This document shows positions 38,967 to 48,810 of a DNA stretch of 64,000 nucleotides, piece after piece. Source of the stretch: Fimbriimonadales bacterium (GTDB taxonomy: Bacteria > Armatimonadota > Fimbriimonadia > Fimbriimonadales > ATM1); the NCBI GenBank assembly GCA_041744215.1, contig JBGTLG010000026.1, positions 1-64,000 on the forward strand. Direction: 5' to 3'. The notes under the pieces were generated by a model, which saw only the letters and a program-made list of their open reading frames with translations, had not been told where the DNA came from and made no database searches. Positions within the stretch are counted from its first letter, which is position 1; each line of letters opens with the position of its first letter. Position numbers and translations under genes: made by a program.

Positions 38967-40014
38967 GTCGTCGGTCGTCGAGATTGACGGCACACACGGT
39001 GAGGGAGGTGGATCGGTTGTGAGGACTGCGCTCGCGATGTCGTCGCTGACTGGCCAGGCTGTAGCTATCAAGAGTGTTCGTGGCGGATTGCGAAAGCCAG
39101 GTGTGAATGCCGTCGATTGCGCGATTGCGGCCGCATTGGGATCCTCTACGGACGCAGAAGTCAGCGCTGGCTTGGGAGACGATGTCATTCTCTTCGCGCC
39201 TCGAAAGCACCTGTCGCCGTATCGTGATCGGCTCGATCTGAATCAGCTCGCGAAGGGAAGTCAGCCAGGCAGTGCGCCTCTTATACTGCAATCACTTTTG
39301 CCAGCTCTTGCGCGGGCAGGTGGGGTCAGCCGAGTCACCTGTCGCGGCGGCACACATGTTCCCTTTGCACCAACGTATGATTACTTCAGGCTCGTTGCGC
39401 TCCCTGCCATGGCTCGACTCGGAATCTATGCTGCTGCGTCGATTGAGTCTGCGGGGTACAGTCATAGAGGCGGTGGAGACGTATCGCTTGAGATCGAACC
39501 AAGCGCGCTGAACGGCTTCGAGTTTCAAAAGCGAGGCGAGTTGCTGTCGATTCGCGCCGCGGTCGTCATTAGCGAGTTGCCCGAAGCGGTTGGCATACGC
39601 GGAGTGAAACGCATCGAGGAGGTTGCGAAGCGACAAGCGCTTGATGTGAGGTGCGAGTTGCTTAAGATTCGATCGTCAACTCCCGGCGCGGCCGTCACTC
39701 TCGCTGCGGAGTTCGAGAATGGATTCGGAGGTTCGCAGTCGTTAGGAGAACGCGGGAAACCGATGGAAGATGTTGCGGATGATGCCATCTTTGAACTCGT
39801 TCACTGGATCAACTCCGACGCGGGTACAGACGAGTTTCTATCTGACCAGATCTTGTTGCCAGCAGTTCTAAGCCGTGAGAGTTGCGCTTTCACAACTTCC
39901 AGAGTTACGCCGACACTCACGACGACAGCGTGGGTCATCAAACAATTCATGCCGGCTAGAATCACGATCATCGGCAAAGAAGGAGAACGCGGCGAAGTGA
40001 CGGTCACGCCGTAG
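38959..40014 (+). CDS. rtcA: RNA 3'-terminal phosphate cyclase-like protein (catalytic residues diverged)
   Basis: IDGTHGEGGG..RTAL, RKPG, GGTHVPFAP, LGERGKP, FLSDQILLP. Confidence 0.8.
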   Translation: MSKSSVVEIDGTHGEGGGSVVRTALAMSSLTGQAVAIKSVRGGLRKPGVNAVDCAIAAALGSSTDAEVSAGLGDDVILFAPRKHLSPYRDRLDLNQLAKGSQPGSAPLILQSLLPALARAGGVSRVTCRGGTHVPFAPTYDYFRLVALPAMARLGIYAAASIESAGYSHRGGGDVSLEIEPSALNGFEFQKRGELLSIRAAVVISELPEAVGIRGVKRIEEVAKRQALDVRCELLKIRSSTPGAAVTLAAEFENGFGGSQSLGERGKPMEDVADDAIFELVHWINSDAGTDEFLSDQILLPAVLSRESCAFTTSRVTPTLTTTAWVIKQFMPARITIIGKEGERGEVTVTP

Positions 40015-40047
40015 CTTCGCGCTGCATGCGCATAGCACGCCTCGAGG

Positions 40048-42228
40048 CTACTCCGGCCCGCTCGCCGGGCAAATCTTTACAACAGATTTCTTAAACTCAG
40101 GAATCTTGCTCAAGGGGTCGAGCGCACGTTGGGTCAGGTTGTTTGCAGACCGTTTGCCAGGCCAGTGATAGGGAATGAAGATCGTGTCCGGGCGAATCGT
40201 CGTAACGACTTTCGCTTTTAGGACAACGTGACCGCGCCGACTCTCTACGCGCATCCACTCACCATCCGTAATGCCGTGCTCTTGCGCGAGCGTTGGATGG
40301 ATCTCCACATAAGGATCAGGGCACAGGTCGACAAGTCCGCCAATTCTGCGCGTTTGTGTCCCGCTGAGATAATGTGAGACGACGCGCCCAGTCGTCAGAA
40401 TAATTGGGTACTCATCGTCGGGCTCTTCTGCAGACGGTCGATGTGCGATCGGATGCAAGTGCGCCTTTCCGTCTGGCGTGTGAAACTTTAAGTCTTCAAA
40501 CAATCGCGGCGTGCCAGGATGACCAATCTCTGGGCACGGCCAGAACACACCCATCTCGGTCTCGATTCGCTCGTAGGTTATTCCGTAATAGTCCGCCGTA
40601 CCGCCTTTGCTCGCGACGCGAAGCTCATTGAAGATGTCTTCGGAGTTATTGTACTGGAAGTACTGTCCGCGACCCAATCGCTTTGCAAGTTCAAGAATGA
40701 TCTCAGTATCTGCCTTCGAGTCCCCAGGTGGATCAACAGCTTTTCTAATTCGAATCACCCGTCCCTCTGCGCTAGTACTCGTACCCTCTTCTTCTTCGTG
40801 CAGCGATCCGGCAAGTACGATGTCGGCGTGATGCGCGGTTTCGTTTAGAAAGAAGTCGATGGCCGTATAGTGCTCGAGTCTCGAAAGTGCTTCGCGCGTG
40901 AAATGTGAATCTGGAAGAGAGACAAGTGGATTGAAGCAGATCGAGATCAGCGCTTTGATTTCTCCGGCATGGATCATATTCATGATCTCTTGAGCTGTGT
41001 TGCCCTTCCCCGGAAGTTCTTCTTCGGGAATGCCCCACACTTCACAGATGTATTTTCGGTGTTCCGGATTCGTTATGTCCCGATTGCCGGGAAGTTGATC
41101 GCATTTGTGACCATGCTCTCGACCACCTTGGCCATTGCCTTGTCCTGTGATCGTTCCGTAACCGCAGCCGGGTTTGCCGAGTCTTCCTGTTGCAAGCACG
41201 AGGTTTATGCAAGCGAGCACATTGTCGACGCCTTTTGTATGATGTTCAATTCCCCGTGCGTGCAATAGAAAACTCGTTTTTGCCTCGCCCCACATTTTTC
41301 CGGCGCGAACGATGTCATCCACTTTTACTCCGCTGATAAGACTCGCATCTTCGAGCGATTGCGCGAGCGCGGCGGCTTTCGTTTCTTCCCATCCGCTCGT
41401 GTGCTGCGCAATGAACTCTTCATTCGCGTGGCCCTCTTCAATCATAACACGTAGAATCCCGATTAGTAGCGCCGAATCCGCGCCAGGACGTACCGGAAGG
41501 TGCAAATCGGCGGTCCGCGCCATCGGTGTCACCCGCGGGTCGATCATGATGAGTTGGGCGCCACGGTCGCGCGCGCGCCATATGTAGTCCGTTGTAATCG
41601 GAGCACATTCTGCGACGTTCGTGCCCGCACAGAGAATCACATCGGCGAGCAGAATGTCCTCCCAATAGTTTGCGGCGCGGTCGATACCAAATGCCTTTTT
41701 GTTTCCGGTGCCTGCGCTAACCATGCAGAGTCGCCCATTGTAGTCGAGCTCCTGTGTTTGAAGTGCAACACGCGCGAACTTGCCGATCAGATAGCTTTTC
41801 TCGTTTGTCAGTGAGACCCCTGAGAGGAGTGCAACCGCGTTCTTGCCGTACTGCTGCTGTACCCGCTGAATCTCGCGCACCGTGGTCGAAAAGGCCTCCT
41901 CCCAAGATATCGGCGCGAAGCCCGTTCCGTCGACTCGTTTCAGCGGACTTAGCAGCCGGTCGGGGTGATTGCCTTGCATGTATCGCTTCACACCCTTAGG
42001 ACAAAGTTTGCCTTTATTAAACGGAAACTCCTCCCAAGGTTCAAATCCAATCACCTTGTTGTCGCGAACCTTAAGCTGAATGCCGCACTGTTGACCGCAA
42101 AAGCAGCAGTGAGTCTTGATCAGCTTTTCGGGCGCGCCGCGCCCTCTCCAACCACCAGGCGGCTCATAGTTGAGGTGCGGTCCCCATTTTTCGACGAGGC
42201 TCTCGATTGCTACGGGCGGCTTTGCCAT
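40048..42228 (-). CDS. Molybdopterin oxidoreductase, NasC/NasA-type nitrate reductase catalytic subunit
   Basis: CFCGQQC..LCPKG [4Fe-4S] motif; NGRLCM; GQGNGQGGREHG.K.DQLPG; LTTGR; no Tat signal; narK and mobA nearby. Confidence 0.85.
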   Translation of the reverse strand: MAKPPVAIESLVEKWGPHLNYEPPGGWRGRGAPEKLIKTHCCFCGQQCGIQLKVRDNKVIGFEPWEEFPFNKGKLCPKGVKRYMQGNHPDRLLSPLKRVDGTGFAPISWEEAFSTTVREIQRVQQQYGKNAVALLSGVSLTNEKSYLIGKFARVALQTQELDYNGRLCMVSAGTGNKKAFGIDRAANYWEDILLADVILCAGTNVAECAPITTDYIWRARDRGAQLIMIDPRVTPMARTADLHLPVRPGADSALLIGILRVMIEEGHANEEFIAQHTSGWEETKAAALAQSLEDASLISGVKVDDIVRAGKMWGEAKTSFLLHARGIEHHTKGVDNVLACINLVLATGRLGKPGCGYGTITGQGNGQGGREHGHKCDQLPGNRDITNPEHRKYICEVWGIPEEELPGKGNTAQEIMNMIHAGEIKALISICFNPLVSLPDSHFTREALSRLEHYTAIDFFLNETAHHADIVLAGSLHEEEEGTSTSAEGRVIRIRKAVDPPGDSKADTEIILELAKRLGRGQYFQYNNSEDIFNELRVASKGGTADYYGITYERIETEMGVFWPCPEIGHPGTPRLFEDLKFHTPDGKAHLHPIAHRPSAEEPDDEYPIILTTGRVVSHYLSGTQTRRIGGLVDLCPDPYVEIHPTLAQEHGITDGEWMRVESRRGHVVLKAKVVTTIRPDTIFIPYHWPGKRSANNLTQRALDPLSKIPEFKKSVVKICPASGPE

Positions 42229-42302
42229 TTGTCTATCTTAGTCGATTTCTTTGAAACTCGACTCACTTACCGTGATAAAAAGTCGTGGTAGAACTGTGTG
42301 CG

Positions 42303-43655
42303 ATGCATGACGGAAGAGTACAATGGACGTCGAGACTAGTTTTCATACTCGCGGCTGCGGGGTCGGCCGTCGGCTTGGGCAACATTTGGCGATTTTCGTA
42401 TGCCGCGGGAACAGAGGGCGGCGGTGCATTCATTTTGATTTACCTCGCCGCGGCAGTATTCATAGGCTATCCGCTGTTGGTCACGGAGATTTCGATCGGA
42501 AGATCAACACGACGGAACCCAATCGGTGCGATCAAGGCCCTCGCCCCGGGCGCGCCTTGATGGCTGATCGGCGCAATCGGAGTACTCAGCGCTTTCGTAA
42601 TCCTGTCTTACTATTCCGTCGTCGCTGGCTGGGCGCTTGCCTACACGGTTGAATCTTTACGCGGGCTCTACTTGCCGGGAGTCGATCATGCCGAGCATTT
42701 CGCTAATCACACCAGGCAGCCGTTTGCACCGATTGCATGGCATGCGCTGTTTATGGCGATTACGATCGGCATCATTTCGATGGGTGTGGTGAAGGGAATT
42801 CAGCGTACTGTGCAAGTCTTGATGCCGATACTCTTTGTGCTGGTAGTTGTGATTATGGTTCGGTCAGTCACTCTCCCGGGCGCAGCAGAGGGAATCAGTT
42901 TCATCCTGCTCCCAGACTTTGGTGAGGTCACTCCGTTAACGTTTTTGCACGCAATTGCTCAAGCATTTTTTACGATTAGCCTTGGCATGGGCGCGATGAT
43001 CACTTATGGTAGTTACCTTCGCAAACAGGATGCCGTACCGAGCAGTGCAGGGGCAATCATTGGCATCGATACGGCAGTCGCTATCATCGCTGGGTTCGCA
43101 ATCTTTCCAGCCGTTTTTGCGTTCGGCTTCGATCCGGCGGCCGGCCCGGGACTTGCGTTCATCACCCTGCCAGGTGTGTTTACAGAGATGCCGCTCGGCG
43201 CACTCTTTGGCTTTCTGTTCTTTTTATTGCTCAGTATCGCCGCACTGACTTCCTCCATCTCGCTCCTGGAAGTCGTCGTTTCATGGCTAAAAGACGAGTA
43301 CAAGTGGAAGCGTGGAAAGGCGGCTCTCCTGGTCGGCATTGCTATGTTTCTCATCGGCATTTTGCCGAGCCTTGGATACAGCCTACTGAGTGATGTTCGA
43401 ATTCTTGGCATGGACATCTTAGACTCGTACGACTGGTTCGCTACCAGTGTTCTTCTGCCGCTGGGCGGGCTATTGACAATCCTATTCGCTGGCTACGTTT
43501 GGGGGGCGAAGAACCTAAGTGACGAAGCCAACATTGGCACAGGAAGGCTGCGGTTCGGCCCGGGGCGCGGATTCAGATTTCTAATCAAAGTCCTTGTCCC
43601 CCTCGCCGTGTTAGCGGTTTTGATTGCTGGGCTATACGAACGCTTTCATAGTTAG
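42303..43655 (+). pseudogene. NSS (neurotransmitter:sodium symporter) family transporter with an in-frame TGA at 42558-42560
   Basis: GSAVGLGNIWRF, GGGAF, LSYYSVVAGW, QAFFTISLG, AGPGLAF, AALTSSISLLE all in one frame, broken by one stop. Confidence 0.85.
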
Positions 43656-43915
43656 CGTGCAGACACGTCGCTATTTGAAGCGCATCATAGCGAAGGGGTA
43701 ACTGCGGAGTTGAGAATGGCCAGGAGACAGAACAAATGGCCGCAGGGCACCAAGATCATTCCGTAGCTAGATCGCCTGATGCAGCGACAGCGGATCAGCT
43801 CCCGTCGCGCGGAAGTGAATCCTTTCATTGGCATCTTCGCCTGGAAGGCGATGACTGAGACACCCGTCCATCCAGAAAGCAGACACTCAGCCCGATCGCA
43901 TTCCGTCAACTTAAC

Positions 43916-43929
43916 ATGATCGCGATCAT
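43916..43929. promoter_or_regulatory. Putative Crp/Fnr-family operator ATGAT-CGCG-ATCAT upstream of narK
   Basis: Perfect 14-bp palindrome; identical copy at 51223-51236. Confidence 0.75.
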
Positions 43930-43959
43930 ATCGCTGGGTCGTAAAGAGGCGATAGTCTT

Positions 43960-45453
43960 ATGACCGAAATGAGCGAAAGAGGGCCCGCGAATCGCGTTTT
44001 GTTTTTGAACACCCTCGCGTTCACGGTGTGCTTTGCCGTTTGGACGCTCTACGGCGTGCTGATCACCTTTCTTTCCGATCGTCAGGTGCTCGAACTCGAC
44101 AAAGCTCAGGTTGGGTGGCTGATCGGGATTCCCATCTTGTCCGGGTCGATTCTACGATTGCCGATCGGCCTCTGGACCGACCGATACGGAGGCAAGCCGG
44201 TGTACATCGGCGTGATGCTGTTCGCAGCCACTTCAGTGTTCCTGGTAAGTTTTGCAAACACATTTTGGGCGTTCTTCTTTGGAGGTCTCGCGTTTGGAAC
44301 TGCAGGCGCAGCGTTCGCGGTGGGGATTGCGTACTCGTCTGTTTGGTTCGCTAAGGAGAAGCAGGGAACTGCGCTCGGCATCTTCGGAATTGGAAACGCG
44401 GGAGCGGCTGTAACGACGCTCGCAGCTCCAGCGTTGCTTGCCGTGTTCACCGAAGGGGGCGCAAACCTTGAAGGTTGGCGCATGCTGCCCCGTGTGTACG
44501 CGATGGCACTCATCGTGATGACAGTCGTATTCGCGTTGCTTGCAGTCCCGCGCAAGGTCGAAGGCGCATCGGATCGAACCATCGGCGACATGCTCCGACC
44601 TTTACGAGACCTGCGAGTTTGGCGCTTCGGTCTCTATTACTTTCTCGTTTTTGGCGCGTTCGTTGCTCTCGCACAATGGCTTGTCCCTTACTATCTCAAC
44701 GTATACGGCATGTCTCTCGCGATGGCTGGATTGATGGCTTCTATCTTCAGTTTTCCGTCCGGTGTCGTTCGTGCACTCGGAGGATACATTAGCGACAAGT
44801 TCGGTGCGCGGTCGACGATGTACTGGGTTCTCGCGACGTGTGTTTTGTTTAGTCTGATGCTTGTTGCGCCGCGCATGGATATTAAGTCACCCGGTGAAGG
44901 AGTCATGGCAGAGAGAGCCGGCGTTGTGACCGGCGTTACCGAATCCACGGTTTCAGTCGATCAAAAGACCTACCCGCTGAAAATCCGCCCCGAGCAGGAC
45001 TCTCGCCTCATGGAGGAAGGAACGCTCGTGTTCCCAACTTTTGAGTCATGGCAGGAACCCGCGGTCGCTGTCGGGCAAGAAGTGAAAAAGCGCGAGCTTG
45101 TCGCCCGGGGCATCACGCATGTCTACTTCCAAGCCAACGTATGGATCTTCACTGCGCTGGTTTTTCTGCTCGGGATCTCGATGGGTATTGGTAAAGCCGC
45201 AGTGTATAAGCATATCCCCGAGTACTTCCCAAAAGATATCGGAGTCGTAGGCGGCATAGTCGGAGTCATAGGTGGGCTGGGAGGATTCTTCTGCCCGATC
45301 CTCTTCGGCTACATGCTCAAAGCAACGGGCGTTTGGACGACGTGTTGGCTCTTCCTGGGAATCATCGGGATCGTCAGCCTAGTGTGGATGCATATGGTTA
45401 TTCTAAAGATGACACGCGGCATGACCCCACCGGGTCCCCTGGACAAGAACTAA
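43960..45453 (+). CDS. narK: NarK-family nitrate/nitrite MFS transporter (NarK1-like) with a large loop insertion
   Basis: GSILRLPIG..TDRYGG, GTALGIFGIGNAG, RALGGYISDKFG, GIGKAAVYKHIP, GGLGGF. Confidence 0.9.
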   Translation: MTEMSERGPANRVLFLNTLAFTVCFAVWTLYGVLITFLSDRQVLELDKAQVGWLIGIPILSGSILRLPIGLWTDRYGGKPVYIGVMLFAATSVFLVSFANTFWAFFFGGLAFGTAGAAFAVGIAYSSVWFAKEKQGTALGIFGIGNAGAAVTTLAAPALLAVFTEGGANLEGWRMLPRVYAMALIVMTVVFALLAVPRKVEGASDRTIGDMLRPLRDLRVWRFGLYYFLVFGAFVALAQWLVPYYLNVYGMSLAMAGLMASIFSFPSGVVRALGGYISDKFGARSTMYWVLATCVLFSLMLVAPRMDIKSPGEGVMAERAGVVTGVTESTVSVDQKTYPLKIRPEQDSRLMEEGTLVFPTFESWQEPAVAVGQEVKKRELVARGITHVYFQANVWIFTALVFLLGISMGIGKAAVYKHIPEYFPKDIGVVGGIVGVIGGLGGFFCPILFGYMLKATGVWTTCWLFLGIIGIVSLVWMHMVILKMTRGMTPPGPLDKN

Positions 45454-45465
45454 GGAATGTAACGA

Positions 45466-46803
45466 ATGTCGAATAAGCAAGAATCTGCAAAGGGCAATGC
45501 CGGATGGAACCCGGAAGATGTTTCATTCTGGCAATCACAAGGAAGCAAAATCGCGTGGCGCAGTCTTTGGTTGACTACGTTTTGTTTGATCCTCTCATTC
45601 GCAACATGGTTCATGGTCAGCGCAATTGTAGTGAAGCTGTCCGGAATCGGCTTCAAGTTCACCGAATCGCAGCTGTTCTGGTTGAATGCAATGCCGGGAC
45701 TCGCCGCAGGCTCCCTTAGAATTGTCCACACGTTTTTGATTCCAATCTTTGGTACGCGACTAACCGTCACGATCTCGACTTTGCTGCTGCTTGTTCCTTG
45801 CATCGGTTGGGGCATGGCTGTCCAAAATCCAGACACAAGCTATGCGACTTTTATGGTTCTCGGGTTTCTGGCCGGGCTCGGAGGAGGCAACTTCAGCTCT
45901 TTCATGCCAAGCACGAGCCTGTTCTTCCCAAAGCGTCTTCAAGGCTCCGCGCTTGGAGTCCAAGCTGGAATCGGGAACTTTGGCGTGAGTGTCGCGCAAT
46001 TCACAATCCCCTGGGTCATCGGCTTCTCGATGATCGGGAGCCTTGGCGCAGCCCAAACTTTCACACAAGACGGCAAAGTCACAGAAATCTGGTTGCAAAA
46101 CGCGGCATATCTTTGGGTTCCATTTGTTGTCTTAGCAGGAGTACTCGCGTGGATCTCTTTGCGGAGCGTCCCCGTCAAGGCGACGTTCCGTGAGCAACTC
46201 GACATCTTCAAAGACAAGCACACATGGCTAATGACATCGCTCTACATGATGACGTTCGGCTCATTCAGCGGCTATGCGGCTGCGTTTCCGCTCTTGATAA
46301 GAAACGTTTATGGGAAGTTCGACGGAGCGCCTGAGCCCCTTGCGTACGCGTTTCTCGGACCGCTAATTGGCGCGGGCATTCGAGCTGCCTTTGGGCCAAT
46401 CAGCGATAAGCTCGGTGGAGCGAGAGTGACGATGCTGAGCGCTATCGGGCTGTTCGTTTGTGCGATTGGCGTCACCTTTTTTACGAATCCAAACTCTCTC
46501 GACCAGTGGCCCGGATTCCTTGCATTCATGCTGGGGCTGTTTCTATTCAGCGGAATCGGCAATGCCTCTACCTTCAAGCAAATGCCGATGATCTTTCCGC
46601 CGAGGCAAGCGGGAGGTGTGATCGGTTGGACCGCAGCAATCGCAGCTTACGGTCCCTTCCTGTTCTCGGTACTTTTCGGCGCGGTCATCGCATCGACTGG
46701 ATCTCCAACTGCATTCTTTTACGGCGCAGCAGCGTTCTATGCGATCAACCTGTGGATTAACTGGTGGTTCTATATGCGCAAGAACGCGGAGAAGCCATGT
46801 TGA
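45466..46803 (+). CDS. narK: NarK-family nitrate/nitrite MFS transporter (NarK2-like)
   Basis: WNPED..FW, GLGGGNFSSFM, AGIGNFGVS, FGSFSG, SGIGNASTF. Confidence 0.9.
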   Translation: MSNKQESAKGNAGWNPEDVSFWQSQGSKIAWRSLWLTTFCLILSFATWFMVSAIVVKLSGIGFKFTESQLFWLNAMPGLAAGSLRIVHTFLIPIFGTRLTVTISTLLLLVPCIGWGMAVQNPDTSYATFMVLGFLAGLGGGNFSSFMPSTSLFFPKRLQGSALGVQAGIGNFGVSVAQFTIPWVIGFSMIGSLGAAQTFTQDGKVTEIWLQNAAYLWVPFVVLAGVLAWISLRSVPVKATFREQLDIFKDKHTWLMTSLYMMTFGSFSGYAAAFPLLIRNVYGKFDGAPEPLAYAFLGPLIGAGIRAAFGPISDKLGGARVTMLSAIGLFVCAIGVTFFTNPNSLDQWPGFLAFMLGLFLFSGIGNASTFKQMPMIFPPRQAGGVIGWTAAIAAYGPFLFSVLFGAVIASTGSPTAFFYGAAAFYAINLWINWWFYMRKNAEKPC

Positions 46804-47142
46804 TGTTAGTGCACGGACCCGCTTATCTCGCGGTGATGGGCAACAGCTTTTCAAGTACTGTTTCCGTGGGCATTTCTTCTCACATGATCATCGGCTTCGA
46901 GATGCGAGTGATTGCGAAGACGAATGACCTCGACGTGCGCCGCCTTGTTCCGCTCTGGACTGCTTTCGTTCCGCTAAACCTTGGACACGGTATGCGGGCT
47001 GGTCTCGCGCTTATGACAGACTATGCGACAACAGCCTTCATACCGACGGGTGTGGCAGGGTTCATAGTAGCGAGCGTACCAGTAATCTGCGCAGTTGATG
47101 TCTCCCGCCCACTCGCTCCGAAAGGGCTTAGAAGGACGTACA

Positions 47143-47874
47143 GTGTCACCTAAAAAGTCAACATCGACCAATCCAGCCAATGGAGCGCAGCCAAGTGTGC
47201 TGCAAGCATTGCAAGCTTGCTCGCTTTTGAACGCCTTGACGGATGATGAGCGGCTGGCGCTCGCGGAGAAGTCCTACCTGGCTTACGCTGAACGAGGAGA
47301 GGCGATTTGGGTTGCCGGTGCGCCTTCCCATTTCGTGGCCATTGTCGGGCAAGGCTTTGTAAAGATGACCAGAACAACGCCGCAGGGATCCGAAGTTGCG
47401 ATGGAGCTGCTTGGACCCGGACAGTGCTTCGGTCTGTTTGCTGCCCTTGAGGGTCGTTCCTATCCGCTGGCTGCGGTTGCCGTTACCAACACCTGGTACG
47501 CAAAGATTCCGACTCGGGAATTGATGGAAGTTTACAACCGGAGTTCAGGGTTCAAGGATCAAGCTGTCAGGTCTCTCGGCCCAAGGTTGCGCCGCGCACA
47601 CGACATGATGGCCAGAATGTCAACGGGAAAAGTTGATCAGAGAATCGCCGCCGTGTTGTTGATCCTCATGGATGCCTACGGGGAAAAAATCGACGGTAAG
47701 GTTAGGATCAGTGTTCCGTTGACGCGACAGGACCTGGCCGAAATGGCGGGCACGACTGTGGAGACTTCGATTAGGGTGATGAGTCGATGGCAAAAGGAAG
47801 GCATTGTCGCGACGGACCACCAGGTAATCACCATTGTCGATCCGATAGCGCTCGATGAGTCACTGTTGATGTAG
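47143..47874 (+). CDS. Crp/Fnr family transcriptional regulator
   Basis: cNMP-type barrel GQGFVK..GPGQCFG; HTH LTRQDLAEMAGTTVETSIR; no Fnr N-terminal Cys cluster. Confidence 0.92.
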   Translation: MSPKKSTSTNPANGAQPSVLQALQACSLLNALTDDERLALAEKSYLAYAERGEAIWVAGAPSHFVAIVGQGFVKMTRTTPQGSEVAMELLGPGQCFGLFAALEGRSYPLAAVAVTNTWYAKIPTRELMEVYNRSSGFKDQAVRSLGPRLRRAHDMMARMSTGKVDQRIAAVLLILMDAYGEKIDGKVRISVPLTRQDLAEMAGTTVETSIRVMSRWQKEGIVATDHQVITIVDPIALDESLLM

Positions 47875-48435
47875 CAAAGCGCTCAGCTCTGCGGGGGTGT
47901 TTGCTCCCAGTACACAGCGTGGGTCTAGGCGAGAATCTCGAAGATCGTCTTCATGTACAACCTGTACGTTCAGAGATCCAATCCACTCCATTACGCGTCG
48001 TTCTCCGCTCTCAACAAGACTGCGAGCTTCACTTAGGGTACGCGATGAGTAGAGTGCGCAAAGCGGCTGCAAACGACCACTAATCTCGGGAACCGCTGCG
48101 TCCGATTCTCCGATACGTTCTGACAGAAATGTGACTATGCGGGGGTCGAAAAGGGGAATGTCGCAAGAACAAAGAAAAAAACACTTCGCGTGCGGGTCAA
48201 ACGAAGCGATCGCGGTCAAAGGTCCGGAATGCGGCTCGGCGTCGGGAATCTGATCGAAATCGGTGGACGCTAGCTGGCCAAGCACAGTCAAGCTGTATCC
48301 AGCTTCCACCAGCAGCCTCGCGATCCGCACCCCGATAGGCTCACCCTCTATCAGCGTAGATGCCTTGTCCCGGCCCATGCGAGAACTTCGTCCACCCGCA
48401 AGCAGAACGCATTGAACAGTTTGGCACTTGCTCAC
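47860..48435 (-). CDS. mobA: Molybdenum cofactor guanylyltransferase
   Basis: LLAGGRSSRMGRDKA, GPL, CDIP, QPLCALY, ANTPAEL. Confidence 0.92.
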   Translation of the reverse strand: MSKCQTVQCVLLAGGRSSRMGRDKASTLIEGEPIGVRIARLLVEAGYSLTVLGQLASTDFDQIPDAEPHSGPLTAIASFDPHAKCFFLCSCDIPLFDPRIVTFLSERIGESDAAVPEISGRLQPLCALYSSRTLSEARSLVESGERRVMEWIGSLNVQVVHEDDLRDSRLDPRCVLGANTPAELSALLHQQ

Positions 48436-48439
48436 CAAG

Positions 48440-48455
48440 TGTGACCACCGTCATA
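48440..48455. promoter_or_regulatory. Degenerate Crp/Fnr-type site in the divergent mobA/CMD promoter region
   Basis: TGTGA-CCACCG-TCATA, same TGA-N6-TCATA geometry as the two perfect boxes. Confidence 0.5.
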
Positions 48456-48489
48456 GAGAAAAGGCGTACAATGCAGGAATAGAAGACAC

Positions 48490-48810
48490 ATGGGCGAACT
48501 TCCAAAACAGTACCGCAGATTCCTCGAGGATTATCCCGGAGTGGGCGAGGCATACCATGCTCTCGGCCAAGCCGTAGGCTCGGCAGGGCCGCTTGACGCA
48601 AAGACGCGGGAGCTGATCAAGATCGGCATCTCGCTGGCCGCGCGACAAGAGGGCGGCCTGCGGAGCCATGTGCGCAAGGCGCGCGATGCGGGCGCTACTG
48701 CCGATGAGATCCGACACGCGATTCTGCAAGCGACGACGACCGTCGGATTCCCCAACATGATGGCCGGGCTCTCATGGGCAAACGAGGTGATCGAAGAAGA
48801 TGATGCGTAG
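48490..48810 (+). CDS. Carboxymuconolactone decarboxylase (CMD) family protein
   Basis: GPLDAKTRELI, SHVRKA..GAT.DEI, TVGFP; no CxxC. Confidence 0.88.
   Translation: MGELPKQYRRFLEDYPGVGEAYHALGQAVGSAGPLDAKTRELIKIGISLAARQEGGLRSHVRKARDAGATADEIRHAILQATTTVGFPNMMAGLSWANEVIEEDDA

Noticed and set aside
40048-42228. Arsenite oxidase AioA or formate dehydrogenase (prompted by the Tat-Rieske gene)
   Set aside because: A four-Cys [4Fe-4S] motif and RLCM (not the FDH C/U-H pair), plus narK neighbours, favour nitrate reductase
42558-42560. Selenocysteine or genome-wide TGA=Trp recoding
   Set aside because: The context fits Trp in a transporter loop, I saw no SECIS-like hairpin, and TGA is a normal stop in many genes here (comM, nadC, pyrH)
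46764-47153. 129-aa ORF between narK2 and the Crp/Fnr gene
   Set aside because: Overlaps both neighbours, has no recognisable motif or clear SD; left uncalled
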